DNA of 57,290 bases, taken from contig JASJBC010000005.1 of assembly GCA_030066715.1 (NCBI GenBank), positions 1-57,290 on the forward strand, in the 5' to 3' direction. Numbering within the stretch: position 1 is the stretch's first letter; the number at the start of each line of letters is the position of its first letter. Shown here one piece after another: positions 26,488 through 36,933 of the stretch. The notes beneath the pieces were generated by a model. That model was not told where the DNA came from and ran no database searches. It saw nothing but the letters and a program-made list of their open reading frames with translations. The position numbers were made by a program, and so were the translations under genes. This DNA is from Acidimicrobiia bacterium. Lineage in GTDB: Bacteria; Actinomycetota; Acidimicrobiia; Spongiisociales; UBA5794.

Positions 26488-28227
26488 ATGATTCCGGTCC
26501 GGTCCTACATAAACCTCCTGTACGACTACCTGCGCCGCCAGAAGGCGCGGGTGGCTCTGCTCACCATCACCATGTTCACCAGCATCGGGTTGATGCTCGT
26601 CGGCCCGCAGTTGGTCCGGACATTCCTCGACCGCGCCATCGACGGGGAAGCCACCAGCCGTCTGATTCCGATCGCCGTGTGGTTCATGGTGGTTGCGGTG
26701 CTCACGCAACTCTTCAGCGTTACCGCCACCTATCTGGCCGAGCAGGTCGGCTGGACTGCGACGAACGAGATGCGAGCCGATCTCGCCGCCCACGTGCTCA
26801 ACCTGGACATGAGCTTCCACAAGAGCCACACCCCCGGCGAGATGATCGAGCGCATCGACGGTGACGTCACCGCGCAGGCGGACTTCTTCTCCGCCTTTGC
26901 GATCCGGGTTCTCGGCAACGGAATCCTGATGATCGGCGTGATCATCATGCTGTGGTTGGAGAACCTCTGGGTCGGCCTCGGCATCACCATCTTCTTCATC
27001 GTTGCCCTCGGCGCCATGCTCCGTATCCAGGCCTGGGCAGTTCCCCTCTGGAAGCAGGTGCGTGCGCGCTCTGCCGAACTGATGGGTCTCATCGGAGAGC
27101 AGCTGGGAGGCACCGAAGACATCCGCGGCAACGGGGGCGTCGGCTACATGATGCGCCGCTTCACCCAGATCCTGCGCGCCTGGCTACCGGACCAGGTGAT
27201 GGGTCGCATGGGCTTCGCCGCGCTGTGGGGAACCTCGATCGTCAACTACCTGGTCGGGACGGTCTTGGTGTTCTGGCTGGGCTCGGTGTTCTTCAACGAC
27301 GGCACCCTGACCCTCGGCAGCGTGTACCTGATCTTCTCCTACACGGAGATGTCGCGCCGCCCCATGGAGCAGATCCGCGAGCAGATGGAGCGCTTCCAGA
27401 AGGCTGCGGCCGGTATCTCCCGGGTGCAGGGGCTGTTCGACGAGACATCCGTCCTCGACACCAGCGGTACCGACCCGATCCCGGAGGGAGCACTGCGGGT
27501 CGAGTTGGACGACGTCGTGTTCGGCTACGACGCAGAGGTCGTGCTGAACCACGTGTCGCTGGATCTCGAGCCCGGTCATGTGCTCGGCGTGCTCGGCCGC
27601 TCCGGCTCGGGCAAGACCACCATGGCGCGACTGCTCACCCGGCTCTACGACCCAATGGCAGGCGAAGTCAGGCTCGGCGGTGTCGGCATCCGCGGCGCCG
27701 ATATCCACAGCCTGCGCCGCCACGTCGGCATGGTCACGCAGGACGTGCAGCTCTTCCGCGCCACGATTCGTGACAATCTGACCTTCTTCGATGAGAGCAT
27801 CCCCGACGACAAGCTCTACGACGTGCTCGAAGAGCTCGGGCTGGATGGCTGGCTCGCCTCGATGCCGGACGGTTTGGATACGAGGCTCGAAGCCGGTGGC
27901 GCCGGTCTGTCAGCAGGCCAGGCGCAGCTGCTTGCGTTCACCCGGATCTTCCTCGAGAACCCGGGATTGGTGATCCTCGACGAGGCATCGTCCCGGCTCG
28001 ACCCGGCAACCGAGAAGCTGATCGAACGGGCGGTCGATCGTCTGCTGCGTGATCGCACCGGCATCATCATCGCCCACCGCTTGGCGACGGTCACGCGCGC
28101 CGACGACATCCTGATTCTCGAAGACGGCGAAGTCATGGAGTACGGCGAACGCCGAGTACTCGCCGCCGACCCCGAGTCCCGCCTGTCACACCTGTTGGTG
28201 ACGGGCATGGAGGAGGTGCTGGCATGA
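26488..28227 (+). CDS. ABC exporter subunit 1 (TMD-NBD fusion, heterodimeric type IV)
   Basis: 6-TM domain, GRSGSGKT, VTQDVQLF, signature LSAGQAQ, ILDEASSRLD and IIAHRL. Confidence 0.93.
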   Translation: MIPVRSYINLLYDYLRRQKARVALLTITMFTSIGLMLVGPQLVRTFLDRAIDGEATSRLIPIAVWFMVVAVLTQLFSVTATYLAEQVGWTATNEMRADLAAHVLNLDMSFHKSHTPGEMIERIDGDVTAQADFFSAFAIRVLGNGILMIGVIIMLWLENLWVGLGITIFFIVALGAMLRIQAWAVPLWKQVRARSAELMGLIGEQLGGTEDIRGNGGVGYMMRRFTQILRAWLPDQVMGRMGFAALWGTSIVNYLVGTVLVFWLGSVFFNDGTLTLGSVYLIFSYTEMSRRPMEQIREQMERFQKAAAGISRVQGLFDETSVLDTSGTDPIPEGALRVELDDVVFGYDAEVVLNHVSLDLEPGHVLGVLGRSGSGKTTMARLLTRLYDPMAGEVRLGGVGIRGADIHSLRRHVGMVTQDVQLFRATIRDNLTFFDESIPDDKLYDVLEELGLDGWLASMPDGLDTRLEAGGAGLSAGQAQLLAFTRIFLENPGLVILDEASSRLDPATEKLIERAVDRLLRDRTGIIIAHRLATVTRADDILILEDGEVMEYGERRVLAADPESRLSHLLVTGMEEVLA

Positions 28228-30038
28228 CGACACGAAAGTCAACCCTGCCCACCCTGCGCATGATGCGCGAACTGGTCAAGGCCGCACCCGGTTGGTACCT
28301 GGCGAACGTGTTCCTCTGGACCTCGATCTGGGTCCTGCCGGTGATCCCGGCGCTCATCACCCAGCGTTTCTTCGACGACCTGGGAACCGTCGGTTTCAAC
28401 CCGGCCACATTGATTGCGGCTCTGCTCGGATACGGCGCAGCACGCATCGCAGTGATGTTCACAGCCATGTGGAACGACGTGCATTTCATGTTCCGGATCA
28501 GCTCAACGCTGCGCCGCAACATGATCCAGCGCATCTTTGCCCTCCCCGGCGCCCAGTCGGTCAAGGAAGCTCCCGGCGAGATCATCAGCCGGTTCCGTGA
28601 GGACGTCGAGCACGTGGAAGAGGCAACGAGCATGACGGTCGATCTGGTCGGCACCGCCTTGTTCGGCACCATCGCCGCAATCGTGCTCACGTCGATCGAT
28701 GCGCAAATGACGTTGCTCGTGTTTGCCCCGCTTCTGTTCATGGTCGTGGTGGCGGAGCGGGCCGGCACCCGCATCCGGCGCTATCGCAACTCGGCCCGTG
28801 AAGCAACGGAGCAAATCACCGGGGCCCTTGGTGAGATGTACGGCGCAGTGCAAACCATCAAGGTTGCGGGTGTCGAGAAGCCGATGATCGAGCACTTCAA
28901 GAAGCTCAACAACGAGCGACGCAAGATGATGGTGCGGGACAAGGTCCTCACCGCCATGTTGGAGTCTGTGTTCTGGAACACACTCAGCATCGGCACCGGG
29001 CTCATCCTCATCCTCGCCGCCGGTGACCTCGGTCGGCCGGGTGGCCTCACCATCGGCGAGTTTGCGCTGTTCGTGTTCTTCCTCGACTACGTCACCGACG
29101 CCGGTTGGTTCCTCGGAGCGTTCATCGCCCGCTTCAAGCAGGCCGGTGTTTCGTTCGAGCGCATGCATGCGCTGCTCCACACCGACGACCCGTACCTGCT
29201 AGTCCAGAAGGGTGAGCTCTACCTCACCGGGGAGATGCCGGAGTTCGTCACTCCGGACCGCGACGCTCACCTCGATCTCCTCGAGGTCGACGGTCTGAGC
29301 TTCCGCTACCCGGGGACCCGCAACGGGATCGACGACATCGACCTCACTCTGGAGAGAGGCTCGTTCACGGTCGTCACCGGCAAGATCGGATCGGGCAAGA
29401 CAACGTTGCTGCGATCGATTCTCGGCCTGGTCGACGTCGACGCGGGCACGGTGCGGTGGAACGGCGAAACGGTTGCCGAACCGGACGACTTCTTCGTTCC
29501 GCCCCGCTCGGCCTACACGCCGCAGGTGCCCAAGCTGTTCTCGCTGACGCTGCGGGAGAATCTGCTGCTCGGCCGCAACGAGACCGAGGCGGAACTGGAA
29601 GAGGCGATTCGATCGGCTGCGCTCGACCGCGACGTCGCCCACATGCCTAATGGGCTCGAAACCCTCGTCGGGCCGCTCGGCATGCGGCTGTCCGGTGGGC
29701 AGGTGCAGCGCACCGCGGCCGCCCGCATGTTCGTACGCGACCCCGAACTGCTGGTATTCGACGACCTCTCCAGTGCCCTCGACGTGGACACCGAGAAGAC
29801 ACTGTGGGAGCGGCTGTTCGCCGAGCATGCGGAGTCAACCGCTCTGGTCGTGTCGCACCGCCGCCCGGCGCTGCAACGCGCCGACCAGATCGTCGTGCTC
29901 GACGAGGGGCGTGTGGTCGCTCAGGGCAAGCTGGACGAGCTGCTGGCCACCAGCCCCGAGTTCCGGGAGCTGTGGGAGACCCAAGCCGAAGGGAACGGAC
30001 AGAGCGTTGCAGCGGAGGCGACGGTCCTCCGCAGCTGA
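28224..30038 (+). CDS. ABC exporter subunit 2 (TMD-NBD fusion)
   Basis: GKIGSGKT, LSGGQVQR, LVFDDLSSALD and VSHR. ATGA overlap with subunit 1. Confidence 0.93.
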   Translation: MTTRKSTLPTLRMMRELVKAAPGWYLANVFLWTSIWVLPVIPALITQRFFDDLGTVGFNPATLIAALLGYGAARIAVMFTAMWNDVHFMFRISSTLRRNMIQRIFALPGAQSVKEAPGEIISRFREDVEHVEEATSMTVDLVGTALFGTIAAIVLTSIDAQMTLLVFAPLLFMVVVAERAGTRIRRYRNSAREATEQITGALGEMYGAVQTIKVAGVEKPMIEHFKKLNNERRKMMVRDKVLTAMLESVFWNTLSIGTGLILILAAGDLGRPGGLTIGEFALFVFFLDYVTDAGWFLGAFIARFKQAGVSFERMHALLHTDDPYLLVQKGELYLTGEMPEFVTPDRDAHLDLLEVDGLSFRYPGTRNGIDDIDLTLERGSFTVVTGKIGSGKTTLLRSILGLVDVDAGTVRWNGETVAEPDDFFVPPRSAYTPQVPKLFSLTLRENLLLGRNETEAELEEAIRSAALDRDVAHMPNGLETLVGPLGMRLSGGQVQRTAAARMFVRDPELLVFDDLSSALDVDTEKTLWERLFAEHAESTALVVSHRRPALQRADQIVVLDEGRVVAQGKLDELLATSPEFRELWETQAEGNGQSVAAEATVLRS

Positions 30039-30068
30039 CGCCTCCGCTTCCGGCCACCTCCTGTCAGA

Positions 30069-31736
30069 ATGAACCTGCGGGAGGTGGTCGGCTCGGTGGA
30101 GCGATATCGGATAGGCAACGTCACCGTCGATGTGGCTACGGCGTCGGCCACCGGTCCCGACGGAGTTGTTGCGCTCTATCCACAGACCTTTGATCTGCTC
30201 GTCGCGCTGATTCGCGGGGCTCCCGAAGTCTGCCGGACCGTCGACCTGATCGAAGTCCTGTCTCCGGGCGGGTTCGTCGGTGATCAGAACCTGAAGCAGA
30301 GGATCTATCAGCTCCGCACCGCGCTGGGGCCGCTCGGGGTCGCCGTGACCACCGTGCGCGGGATCGGTTACCGGCTGGACGTCGCCGTCGCGCGGCTGGA
30401 ACCGGAAGCACGCAACGATGCCGCCGTAGCGGCCTACGAGCAGGCCGTTGCCCTGGTCGACGGTATGGAGCACGGCAAAGCCGCCGCGTTGCTCGAGGAA
30501 GTGGTGCGCAACGAGCCGGGATGGGTGGAGCCCCGTCCGGTGCTGGCGTGGTGTTACATGTGGCAGGGCAAGCAGGAGCAGGCCCGCCACCTGCTCGACG
30601 AGGCGGTGGCGCTCAGCGCGGCCGGGGGTGGCGAGGAGGATCTGCTGCTGAAGGGTGTCCATGCCTCCTTTGCGGGCGATGCTCTCGAGGCAATCGACCG
30701 GTTTGAGGTTGCGCTGCGCCGCTATCCGGACGGCTACTGGCTCCGCATCAACCTCATGGGTCTCTACTGGCTCGTTGGTCGCTACGACGCAGCGGGCGAT
30801 CTCCTGCCCGACCTGGAGCGGATTCGGCCGGGCTTCTACATGAACTCCTGGCAGCGGGCCTTTCATGAGCTCACCGTCGCCGGGGACGTCGGTGCGGCGC
30901 AGGAGGCTTTCGCTGAGGCCCATATCCGCAACCCGGACATACCGCTACCTCTCGGCGACCTGATGCCGGCGTTGCAGCTCTGGCTCGAGGGAGACCTGGA
31001 TGCTGCGCTGCGAGGGTGCGACGAACTCGCTGCCGAGCGTCTCGGCTGGCTGTCTCCGACCGGGGCCGACCAGTTGCTCACCCTTCGCTCCCGTCTCCTC
31101 GTTGCGTGTGGGGACGTCGAAGCTGCCCAGCGTGACCAGCTACAGGCGGCGGCGCTCTTCGAGCCGGGGAGCAGCCTCGCCGCTCATCACTTCCTCGAAG
31201 TGGCGCTGCTGGACGACGACGAGGAATCCATGGCTCGTCTCGAGGCGATTGCCGAGAACACGTCTTCGCTGCTGGCGGCGCAGAGCCTCGGCTGGTTGGG
31301 CATCGCCGCTGCTCAGCAATCCCGCGCCGACGAAGCCGGCGACTATCGCAGGCGCCTCGCCCGGCTCCGCTATCAAGGCGAGTGGGCATGGGGGTACCCC
31401 ACCCGTCCCGCGTTTGATCGCGCCCAGGCTGCCTTCGCTCTTCTCATCAGGGCCAACGTTGCACTCGCTGCGGGGGAGCTGGAGATGGCAGCCCGGCTCT
31501 TCTCCCGAGCCCTGCTTGTCACGCCGGAGCGGTGGCATGTGGTTCCCGTAATCGCTTTGGACGGACGGGCGCACCTTGCTGCGCGCGAAGGGCTCGCCCT
31601 CGCCGCCGCTGCTCTTGGTCAGGAGCGAACGGCGGCGGAGGCGAACCGATGGTTGGTCGAGCATCGCCTGGAAACCGAGATCCTTGCGCAAGCCGGTGCC
31701 GGTTTCAGGCAGCGCGCCCTAGCCAGGTTGGGCTAG
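30069..31736 (+). CDS. OmpR/CadC-type winged-helix plus TPR transcriptional regulator
   Basis: LYPQTFDLLVAL, NLKQRIYQLRTALG and TVRGIGYRL, followed by Ala-rich helical repeats. Start may be GTG 30096. Confidence 0.85.
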   Translation: MNLREVVGSVERYRIGNVTVDVATASATGPDGVVALYPQTFDLLVALIRGAPEVCRTVDLIEVLSPGGFVGDQNLKQRIYQLRTALGPLGVAVTTVRGIGYRLDVAVARLEPEARNDAAVAAYEQAVALVDGMEHGKAAALLEEVVRNEPGWVEPRPVLAWCYMWQGKQEQARHLLDEAVALSAAGGGEEDLLLKGVHASFAGDALEAIDRFEVALRRYPDGYWLRINLMGLYWLVGRYDAAGDLLPDLERIRPGFYMNSWQRAFHELTVAGDVGAAQEAFAEAHIRNPDIPLPLGDLMPALQLWLEGDLDAALRGCDELAAERLGWLSPTGADQLLTLRSRLLVACGDVEAAQRDQLQAAALFEPGSSLAAHHFLEVALLDDDEESMARLEAIAENTSSLLAAQSLGWLGIAAAQQSRADEAGDYRRRLARLRYQGEWAWGYPTRPAFDRAQAAFALLIRANVALAAGELEMAARLFSRALLVTPERWHVVPVIALDGRAHLAAREGLALAAAALGQERTAAEANRWLVEHRLETEILAQAGAGFRQRALARLG

Positions 31737-32842
31737 TCGGCCGGAACCAACTCCGCCATCCCAATCGCAAAGTCGAGACGGAACTGGGTCTGCCCGCGAT
31801 TCCCCGAGTAGAAGAGCAACATGCGCCCGTCGGCAGTGGTGACGACGGAGCCGGCAACTACGTCTAGCGAAGCCCACTCCTGCTGGCGCGGCTCGAGCAG
31901 CGGATTGTCGGCCGCTTTGGTCCAGGTGATGGCGTCGGGGCTCCAGGCGTAGCCGATCGCCTCTCCAGTGAGTGTCTTCGGGTCGCCCGTGTAGAACGCA
32001 GCAAACCCGCCGTCGTGAGGGAACACCGCGGCTTCCCAGTTGAACAGGCCGTCCCATCCGCTCTCGCCGCTCATCACGGGATCGGGAATCTTGGCAAACG
32101 CAACACCGTCGGCGGACTCGGCGAGACCAAGGTGGGTGGCCTCGAGAGCGACGTAGTCGGCGCCTCCCGAGTACAACAGTCTTGTGCCGTCCTCGTCGAC
32201 CAGGACGGCATTGGGGGTGACGAATCCGGAGTCCCAGTCGCCCGCAGCCCCGACATTCAGCACCGGGTCCGGGTCCGGGGACCATGGCCCGGCCGGAGAC
32301 TCTGCAACCGCACGCCCGATATAGGGCCCGGGCCCGGGGCCGGGCACGCTGCGACCGTTGTAGTACATCACCAACCCGGCGTCGGTCGTCGCTACGACCG
32401 GCTCGCCGACCGCAAACGCATCGAAGCCGGCGCCGTCTCCGGCGAGTGCAGGCTCGGGGTCGACTATCCACGTTTCGCCGTTGTCGTCGGACACAGCGTG
32501 CAAGATGACCGCCGCCGAACTGAGCCAGTTCTCACTTTGCGTGAACCACATGTGCAGGACGCCGTCGACCGTCATCACGTGGGGGAGCATGGCTCCGCCT
32601 TCCGGTCCCGGCATCGGGATGACGGGATTCCTCTCGTATGGGATCAGCCGGAACGGGCTCGTCATCGCGGGCTCCTCCATTGGCAGGGTCGTCGTCGGTG
32701 GGGTGGTCGTCGTCGTTGGGGGCGGAGTGGTCGTACTAGTCGTTGCAGTCGCAAGTGTCGTCGGCGTCACCATTGCTTCCGTGGTGGATCCGCCGCAAGC
32801 TGCCAGCAACAGTGTGGCGACAAACAGGTACCTGATCATCAC
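31733..32842 (-). CDS. Lipoprotein with five-bladed beta-propeller glycosidase-like domain (GH32/43/130-like)
   Basis: Lipobox LAAC, Thr linker, repeated NPV/NPL, MYYNG / LLYSG / FYTG / LFYSG blades, IGYAWSPDAITWTK. AAGGAG SD. Confidence 0.82.
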   Translation of the reverse strand: MMIRYLFVATLLLAACGGSTTEAMVTPTTLATATTSTTTPPPTTTTTPPTTTLPMEEPAMTSPFRLIPYERNPVIPMPGPEGGAMLPHVMTVDGVLHMWFTQSENWLSSAAVILHAVSDDNGETWIVDPEPALAGDGAGFDAFAVGEPVVATTDAGLVMYYNGRSVPGPGPGPYIGRAVAESPAGPWSPDPDPVLNVGAAGDWDSGFVTPNAVLVDEDGTRLLYSGGADYVALEATHLGLAESADGVAFAKIPDPVMSGESGWDGLFNWEAAVFPHDGGFAAFYTGDPKTLTGEAIGYAWSPDAITWTKAADNPLLEPRQQEWASLDVVAGSVVTTADGRMLLFYSGNRGQTQFRLDFAIGMAELVPAD

Positions 32843-32894
32843 TTTCTCCTTTCCAGGGACCTGTCAGCAGCGTCCTCCCGGGGCCATTCCGGTG

Positions 32895-32925
32895 CATAAA
32901 CCGCAGGTAAACGCCGGGTAACTCA
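32895..32925 (-). promoter_or_regulatory. Three direct repeats at 11-bp period (winged-helix / PHO-box-like operator)
   Basis: TAAAC at 32897 and 32908, TAACT at 32919. Minus strand reads AGTTACCCGGC GTTTACCTGCG GTTTATG. Confidence 0.5.
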
Positions 32926-33057
32926 TGAGGGACGATTGGCACCCGCTACGGGTCTCGGTCCCGCCGGGTGTCATCTGCACGTGAGGAGCAGCTGGTGCGC
33001 GAGGTTCGCTGGCTAGAGTCGCATTGCGAGCCGATTCGTGCTCGATTGGGAGGTGTT

Positions 33058-33957
33058 GTGTCGGACACCACGCTGAAGCTGGTCATCTCCGGGGCCGTTG
33101 TCGTCGGCCTCGTGATCGTGCGCTGGCTCGTGCTCCGTGCCGTGCATCGGTATGTCGAGGACCCGGACGTGTGGTTCCGGACCCGGCGGATCGCCACGTA
33201 TGCAACCACTGCGATCGCCCTCATCACCCTGGCGTGGATCTGGCTGGAGGCCTTCGACGACCTACCCACCTACCTCGGGCTGGTCTCGGCCGGTATTGCG
33301 ATTGCGCTTGCCGATCTGCTCAAGAACATGGTGGGCTGGGTCTACATCATGGCTCGCCGGCCGCTGCGGCTCGGTGACCGCATCGAGGTTGCAGGCACCC
33401 AGGGAGATGTTGTGGACATCCGCCTGTTCCGCTTCTCCCTCCTCGAGATAGGCAACTGGGTGCACGCCGACCAATCCACCGGTCGGCTCATCCACGTCCC
33501 CAACGGAATCCTCTTCACAACCGAGGTGGCGAACTACACCGAAGGCTTCGAGTACATCTGGCACGAGATACCTGTGTTGATCACCTTCGAGTCGGACTGG
33601 AGGAGCGCCAAGGCGATCCTGCGCGAAGCTATCGATGCTGCCGTGCCCGACCCCCGTCGCCAGGCGACCGAGCACCTGCTGAAGACGGCGCAGGAGTACC
33701 AAATCAAGATCGGCACCATGACCCCGATCGTCTATCTCACGGTCAAGGACTCGGGAGTGCTGCTCACCGGCAGGATGATGGTGCCGGTGCGCGAGAGAAG
33801 AGGCATCGAGGAGCGCGTCTGGGGGACAGTGCTCGCTCGCTTCGCTGCCGAACCCGATATCGATCTCGCCTACCCAACGGTGCGCACGTATTACGCAGGT
33901 CCGGTCGAGATCGACACCTCACCGTCGGTGTCTCCTCCCGGGGGCGACGCGGAGTAG
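33058..33957 (+). CDS. Small-conductance mechanosensitive channel (MscS family)
   Basis: RPLRLGDRIEV, GDVVDIRLF, IHVPNG and DLAYPT. GGAGGT SD before GTG. Confidence 0.9.
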   Translation: MSDTTLKLVISGAVVVGLVIVRWLVLRAVHRYVEDPDVWFRTRRIATYATTAIALITLAWIWLEAFDDLPTYLGLVSAGIAIALADLLKNMVGWVYIMARRPLRLGDRIEVAGTQGDVVDIRLFRFSLLEIGNWVHADQSTGRLIHVPNGILFTTEVANYTEGFEYIWHEIPVLITFESDWRSAKAILREAIDAAVPDPRRQATEHLLKTAQEYQIKIGTMTPIVYLTVKDSGVLLTGRMMVPVRERRGIEERVWGTVLARFAAEPDIDLAYPTVRTYYAGPVEIDTSPSVSPPGGDAE

Positions 33958-34071
33958 GTCATAGTTGGAGGGCGGGCGACCCTCTGAAAACGCCGGATCC
34001 CAGCACTCGCCGGTCTGCCCTGTGCCGCAGGTACCCTCCCCGGAGGTCGGCTCTGTCTGGAAGGGAACGCG

Positions 34072-34899
34072 ATGACCCTTGCCCTTGCGCTCGGTGGCGC
34101 GGTGTTCTACGGCCTCGCCGACTTCTCGGGCGGGTTCGCCGCCAAACGCAACCCTCCCTGGGGCGTGACCTACCTATCGCAGACGATCGGGCTCGTCGCA
34201 CTGGCCATGGCCCTCCTGCTCCTCCCCGCCGAGGAAGTCACGATCGCCGACATTCTGTGGGGAGCAGGGGCGGGTATCGGCGGCGTCGTCGGCGTCGGTC
34301 TCCTGTACCGGGCCCTCGCCGAAGGGACCATGGCGGTGGTCTCACCGGTGACGGCCGCGACCACCGCCGCCATACCTGTAGTGGTGGATCTGGCGACGGG
34401 TGGCTCGCTCACCCCGCTCGCTGCCGCCGGCGTCGTGGTTGCCGTTGTAGCGATCGCCACCATCGCCGGGGAGCGTTCGGCGCGGCGGCTCAGCCCTGGG
34501 TTGCTGGGCCTGGCTCTTGCTGCGGGAACAGGATTTGCGATCTTCTTCATCGCCATCGCCCAAACCAGCGAAGCCAGCGGCTTCTGGCCGCTGGTAGGCG
34601 CACGCCTGGTCACGATCCCACTCGGTTTCGTCCTGCACCGATCCCTGGAGCGGCCGATGCAGCTCAATCGCTCCAGCCTCCGCTGGATCTCCGCAGCGGG
34701 TCTGCTCGATATGGGGGCGAATCTCCTGGTTGCAGTGGCTCTGCAGCGGGGACCGCTCGGCATCGTGTCGGTCCTCACTTCGCTCTACCCGGCCGTGACC
34801 GCCCTCACGGCCACCGTTGTCCTCCGCGAACGGCTCACCAGAGCCCAGGGCGTCGGCGTGGGTCTAGCAATGGTCGCAGTGGTGATGCTGGTGGCCTAG
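34072..34899 (+). CDS. EamA/DMT family transporter
   Basis: YGLADFSGG, GTMAVVSPV and SLYPAVT..VLRERL, about 10 TM. Confidence 0.9.
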   Translation: MTLALALGGAVFYGLADFSGGFAAKRNPPWGVTYLSQTIGLVALAMALLLLPAEEVTIADILWGAGAGIGGVVGVGLLYRALAEGTMAVVSPVTAATTAAIPVVVDLATGGSLTPLAAAGVVVAVVAIATIAGERSARRLSPGLLGLALAAGTGFAIFFIAIAQTSEASGFWPLVGARLVTIPLGFVLHRSLERPMQLNRSSLRWISAAGLLDMGANLLVAVALQRGPLGIVSVLTSLYPAVTALTATVVLRERLTRAQGVGVGLAMVAVVMLVA

Positions 34900-36803
34900 T
34901 CCGCAGTCTTGCCGGGCTGTTTCACCGGTAGATGCATGACGATCATGGCGCCGGGATAGCGGTTCTCCGCCCATATCTGCCCGTTGTGCTTGTCCACCAC
35001 CATGGAATGTGCGATCGAGAGGCCTTGTCCGGATCCCTTCCCGATCTCCTTGGTCGTGAAGAAGGGCTCGAAGATCCGATCGAGGATGTCGGGCGGTATC
35101 CCGGGCCCGTCATCGGTGACGCAGATCTCAACGGTGTCACCGACGTGCCTGGTGCTTATCCGAATTGCACCTTTCCCGTTGCGCCGTTGCCCGCCGATAG
35201 CCTGGGCACTGTTCACGATCATGATGAGAAGGCTCTGCCCCAGCGGTCCGGGTAGTGCGGGCACCTCGGGGAGTTCGTCGTCGAGATCGAGTTCGATGTC
35301 GGCAACGTACTTCCACTCGTTGCGGGACACCTGCACTGTGGTTTCGACGACCCGGTTGATGTCGGTCGGGCTCGGTTCCTCGTAGCCGGGATGCGCAAAC
35401 TCCTTCATCGCCCTGACGATGTCCGTGACCCGTGTTGCGCCTTCGAGCGTTTCGGCGATGGCGTCGGGGATCTCTTCGAGCAGGAAGTCGCAGTCCTTCT
35501 CGGTCCATCGCCTGCGTGCCGCGGCGACTTGCTCGCCGAGGTGGGTGTCGGCGGGGATCTCGCTGAGAATCTCGAGGTGGAGCCTGGCGAACTCGGCCAG
35601 GGTCTCGATTCCGTCGCGAATGAACGTCACGTTGTCCGAGACGAACTGGATCGGCGTGTTGATCTCATGGGCGATACCGGCAGCGAGGCTTCCGATCGCC
35701 TCCATCTTCTGGGCGGCGAGCAGCTGGGTCTGGGTGTGCTTCAACTCGTCGTGGGCTGCCTGTGCGGCTGCGTGGCTGCTCCGCATCTCCTCGTAGAGGC
35801 CTGCGTTGCGGATGGCCACCGCCGCCTGGTTGGCGATCATCCGGGCGATTGCCTCGTGGGCCGGGGCGAAGGTCGTGCGCTGGGCGCCAACGATCATGAC
35901 CGTGCCGACGACGGCATCGTCGATGATCGGTGCGATGAGAAGCGGGTGGCCCCGGAGTCTCGCCTCCATTGCTGCGGGTACCGTCCAGTGGCCCCTTTGG
36001 CCGAGATCGTCGATCCGCAGCGTCTTGCGGTTGGCGATTGCCCAGCCGGCCGGGCCCGACTCGATCATGCCGAAGTCGCGCGGCGCAGGATCGATCGGCC
36101 CGTCGCCGCTCACTACTTGCCTGATGATCTTCCGCTCTCCTGTGTCGAATAGCGTGATCGTCGCCCCACTGGCGCCGGTGAGCGCGATCGACGTCTCCGC
36201 CAGCAGCTTGAGAATGAGTTCGATGTCGAAGGTCGAGGCGATGCCGCGGCTCATGTCGAGCAGCGTCTCGAGCACGTCGACCTGCTCCTGCATGGCGCGC
36301 TGCGCCGCTTTGTGATCCTTGAGATCCCAGAACATCACCAGCACGTTTGCGTAGTCGGGTTGCCCGTCGGCGATGGGTGCGACCCAGTTGAGCTGCGCAT
36401 CGAGCGCCTGGGCGCCGAAGTCGGCTCCGGCGACCTCATGCTGCTCCGACGTACGTCGGGCAAAGACGGCCTTGATCTGCTTGCGGAGCGAGATGAGGCT
36501 TCCCTCGGTCATGAGCTGTGCCGGCAGATTGCCCAGCAAGGCTTCTTCGCTCGGACCCTGAACGAAATCGACGGCAGCCTGGTTGACGGCCTTCACGATT
36601 ATCGAGCCGGCAACCTGCCGCACCAGATCCTCGTCGGTGGCGAGCAGCGCATCGATGTCCTCGACACCCTCTGCCTTCCTGGCCTCGCAGAACGCCTCAA
36701 CCGCCGTCCAGTCCTCCAGCCAGATCGGAGTTGGCGCGTTGTCGAAGAGGAACCGATCGGCTCCTCCGTTGAACTCAGCTTTGCGCATCTGTGTGACCGT
36801 CAC
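34896..36803 (-). CDS. Soluble PAS-like/GAF sensor histidine kinase
   Basis: FDNAPTPIWLED, GAF end IANQAAVAIRNA, H-box IAHEINTPIQF, DDGPGI, FEPFFTTK and GQGLSI. GGGAG SD before GTG 36803. Confidence 0.92.
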   Translation of the reverse strand: MTVTQMRKAEFNGGADRFLFDNAPTPIWLEDWTAVEAFCEARKAEGVEDIDALLATDEDLVRQVAGSIIVKAVNQAAVDFVQGPSEEALLGNLPAQLMTEGSLISLRKQIKAVFARRTSEQHEVAGADFGAQALDAQLNWVAPIADGQPDYANVLVMFWDLKDHKAAQRAMQEQVDVLETLLDMSRGIASTFDIELILKLLAETSIALTGASGATITLFDTGERKIIRQVVSGDGPIDPAPRDFGMIESGPAGWAIANRKTLRIDDLGQRGHWTVPAAMEARLRGHPLLIAPIIDDAVVGTVMIVGAQRTTFAPAHEAIARMIANQAAVAIRNAGLYEEMRSSHAAAQAAHDELKHTQTQLLAAQKMEAIGSLAAGIAHEINTPIQFVSDNVTFIRDGIETLAEFARLHLEILSEIPADTHLGEQVAAARRRWTEKDCDFLLEEIPDAIAETLEGATRVTDIVRAMKEFAHPGYEEPSPTDINRVVETTVQVSRNEWKYVADIELDLDDELPEVPALPGPLGQSLLIMIVNSAQAIGGQRRNGKGAIRISTRHVGDTVEICVTDDGPGIPPDILDRIFEPFFTTKEIGKGSGQGLSIAHSMVVDKHNGQIWAENRYPGAMIVMHLPVKQPGKTAD

Positions 36804-36933
36804 GTGGTCTCCCGACGGTTTCCATTGCCGTCGGCGGGATGTACGGTGAGATAAGAGTGCGACCCCGATGGAATGGACTGGAGCGAGCGCGCGTTGGACG
36901 TCGCAACCCCGCTCCCCTCTACCCTGCAATCTC

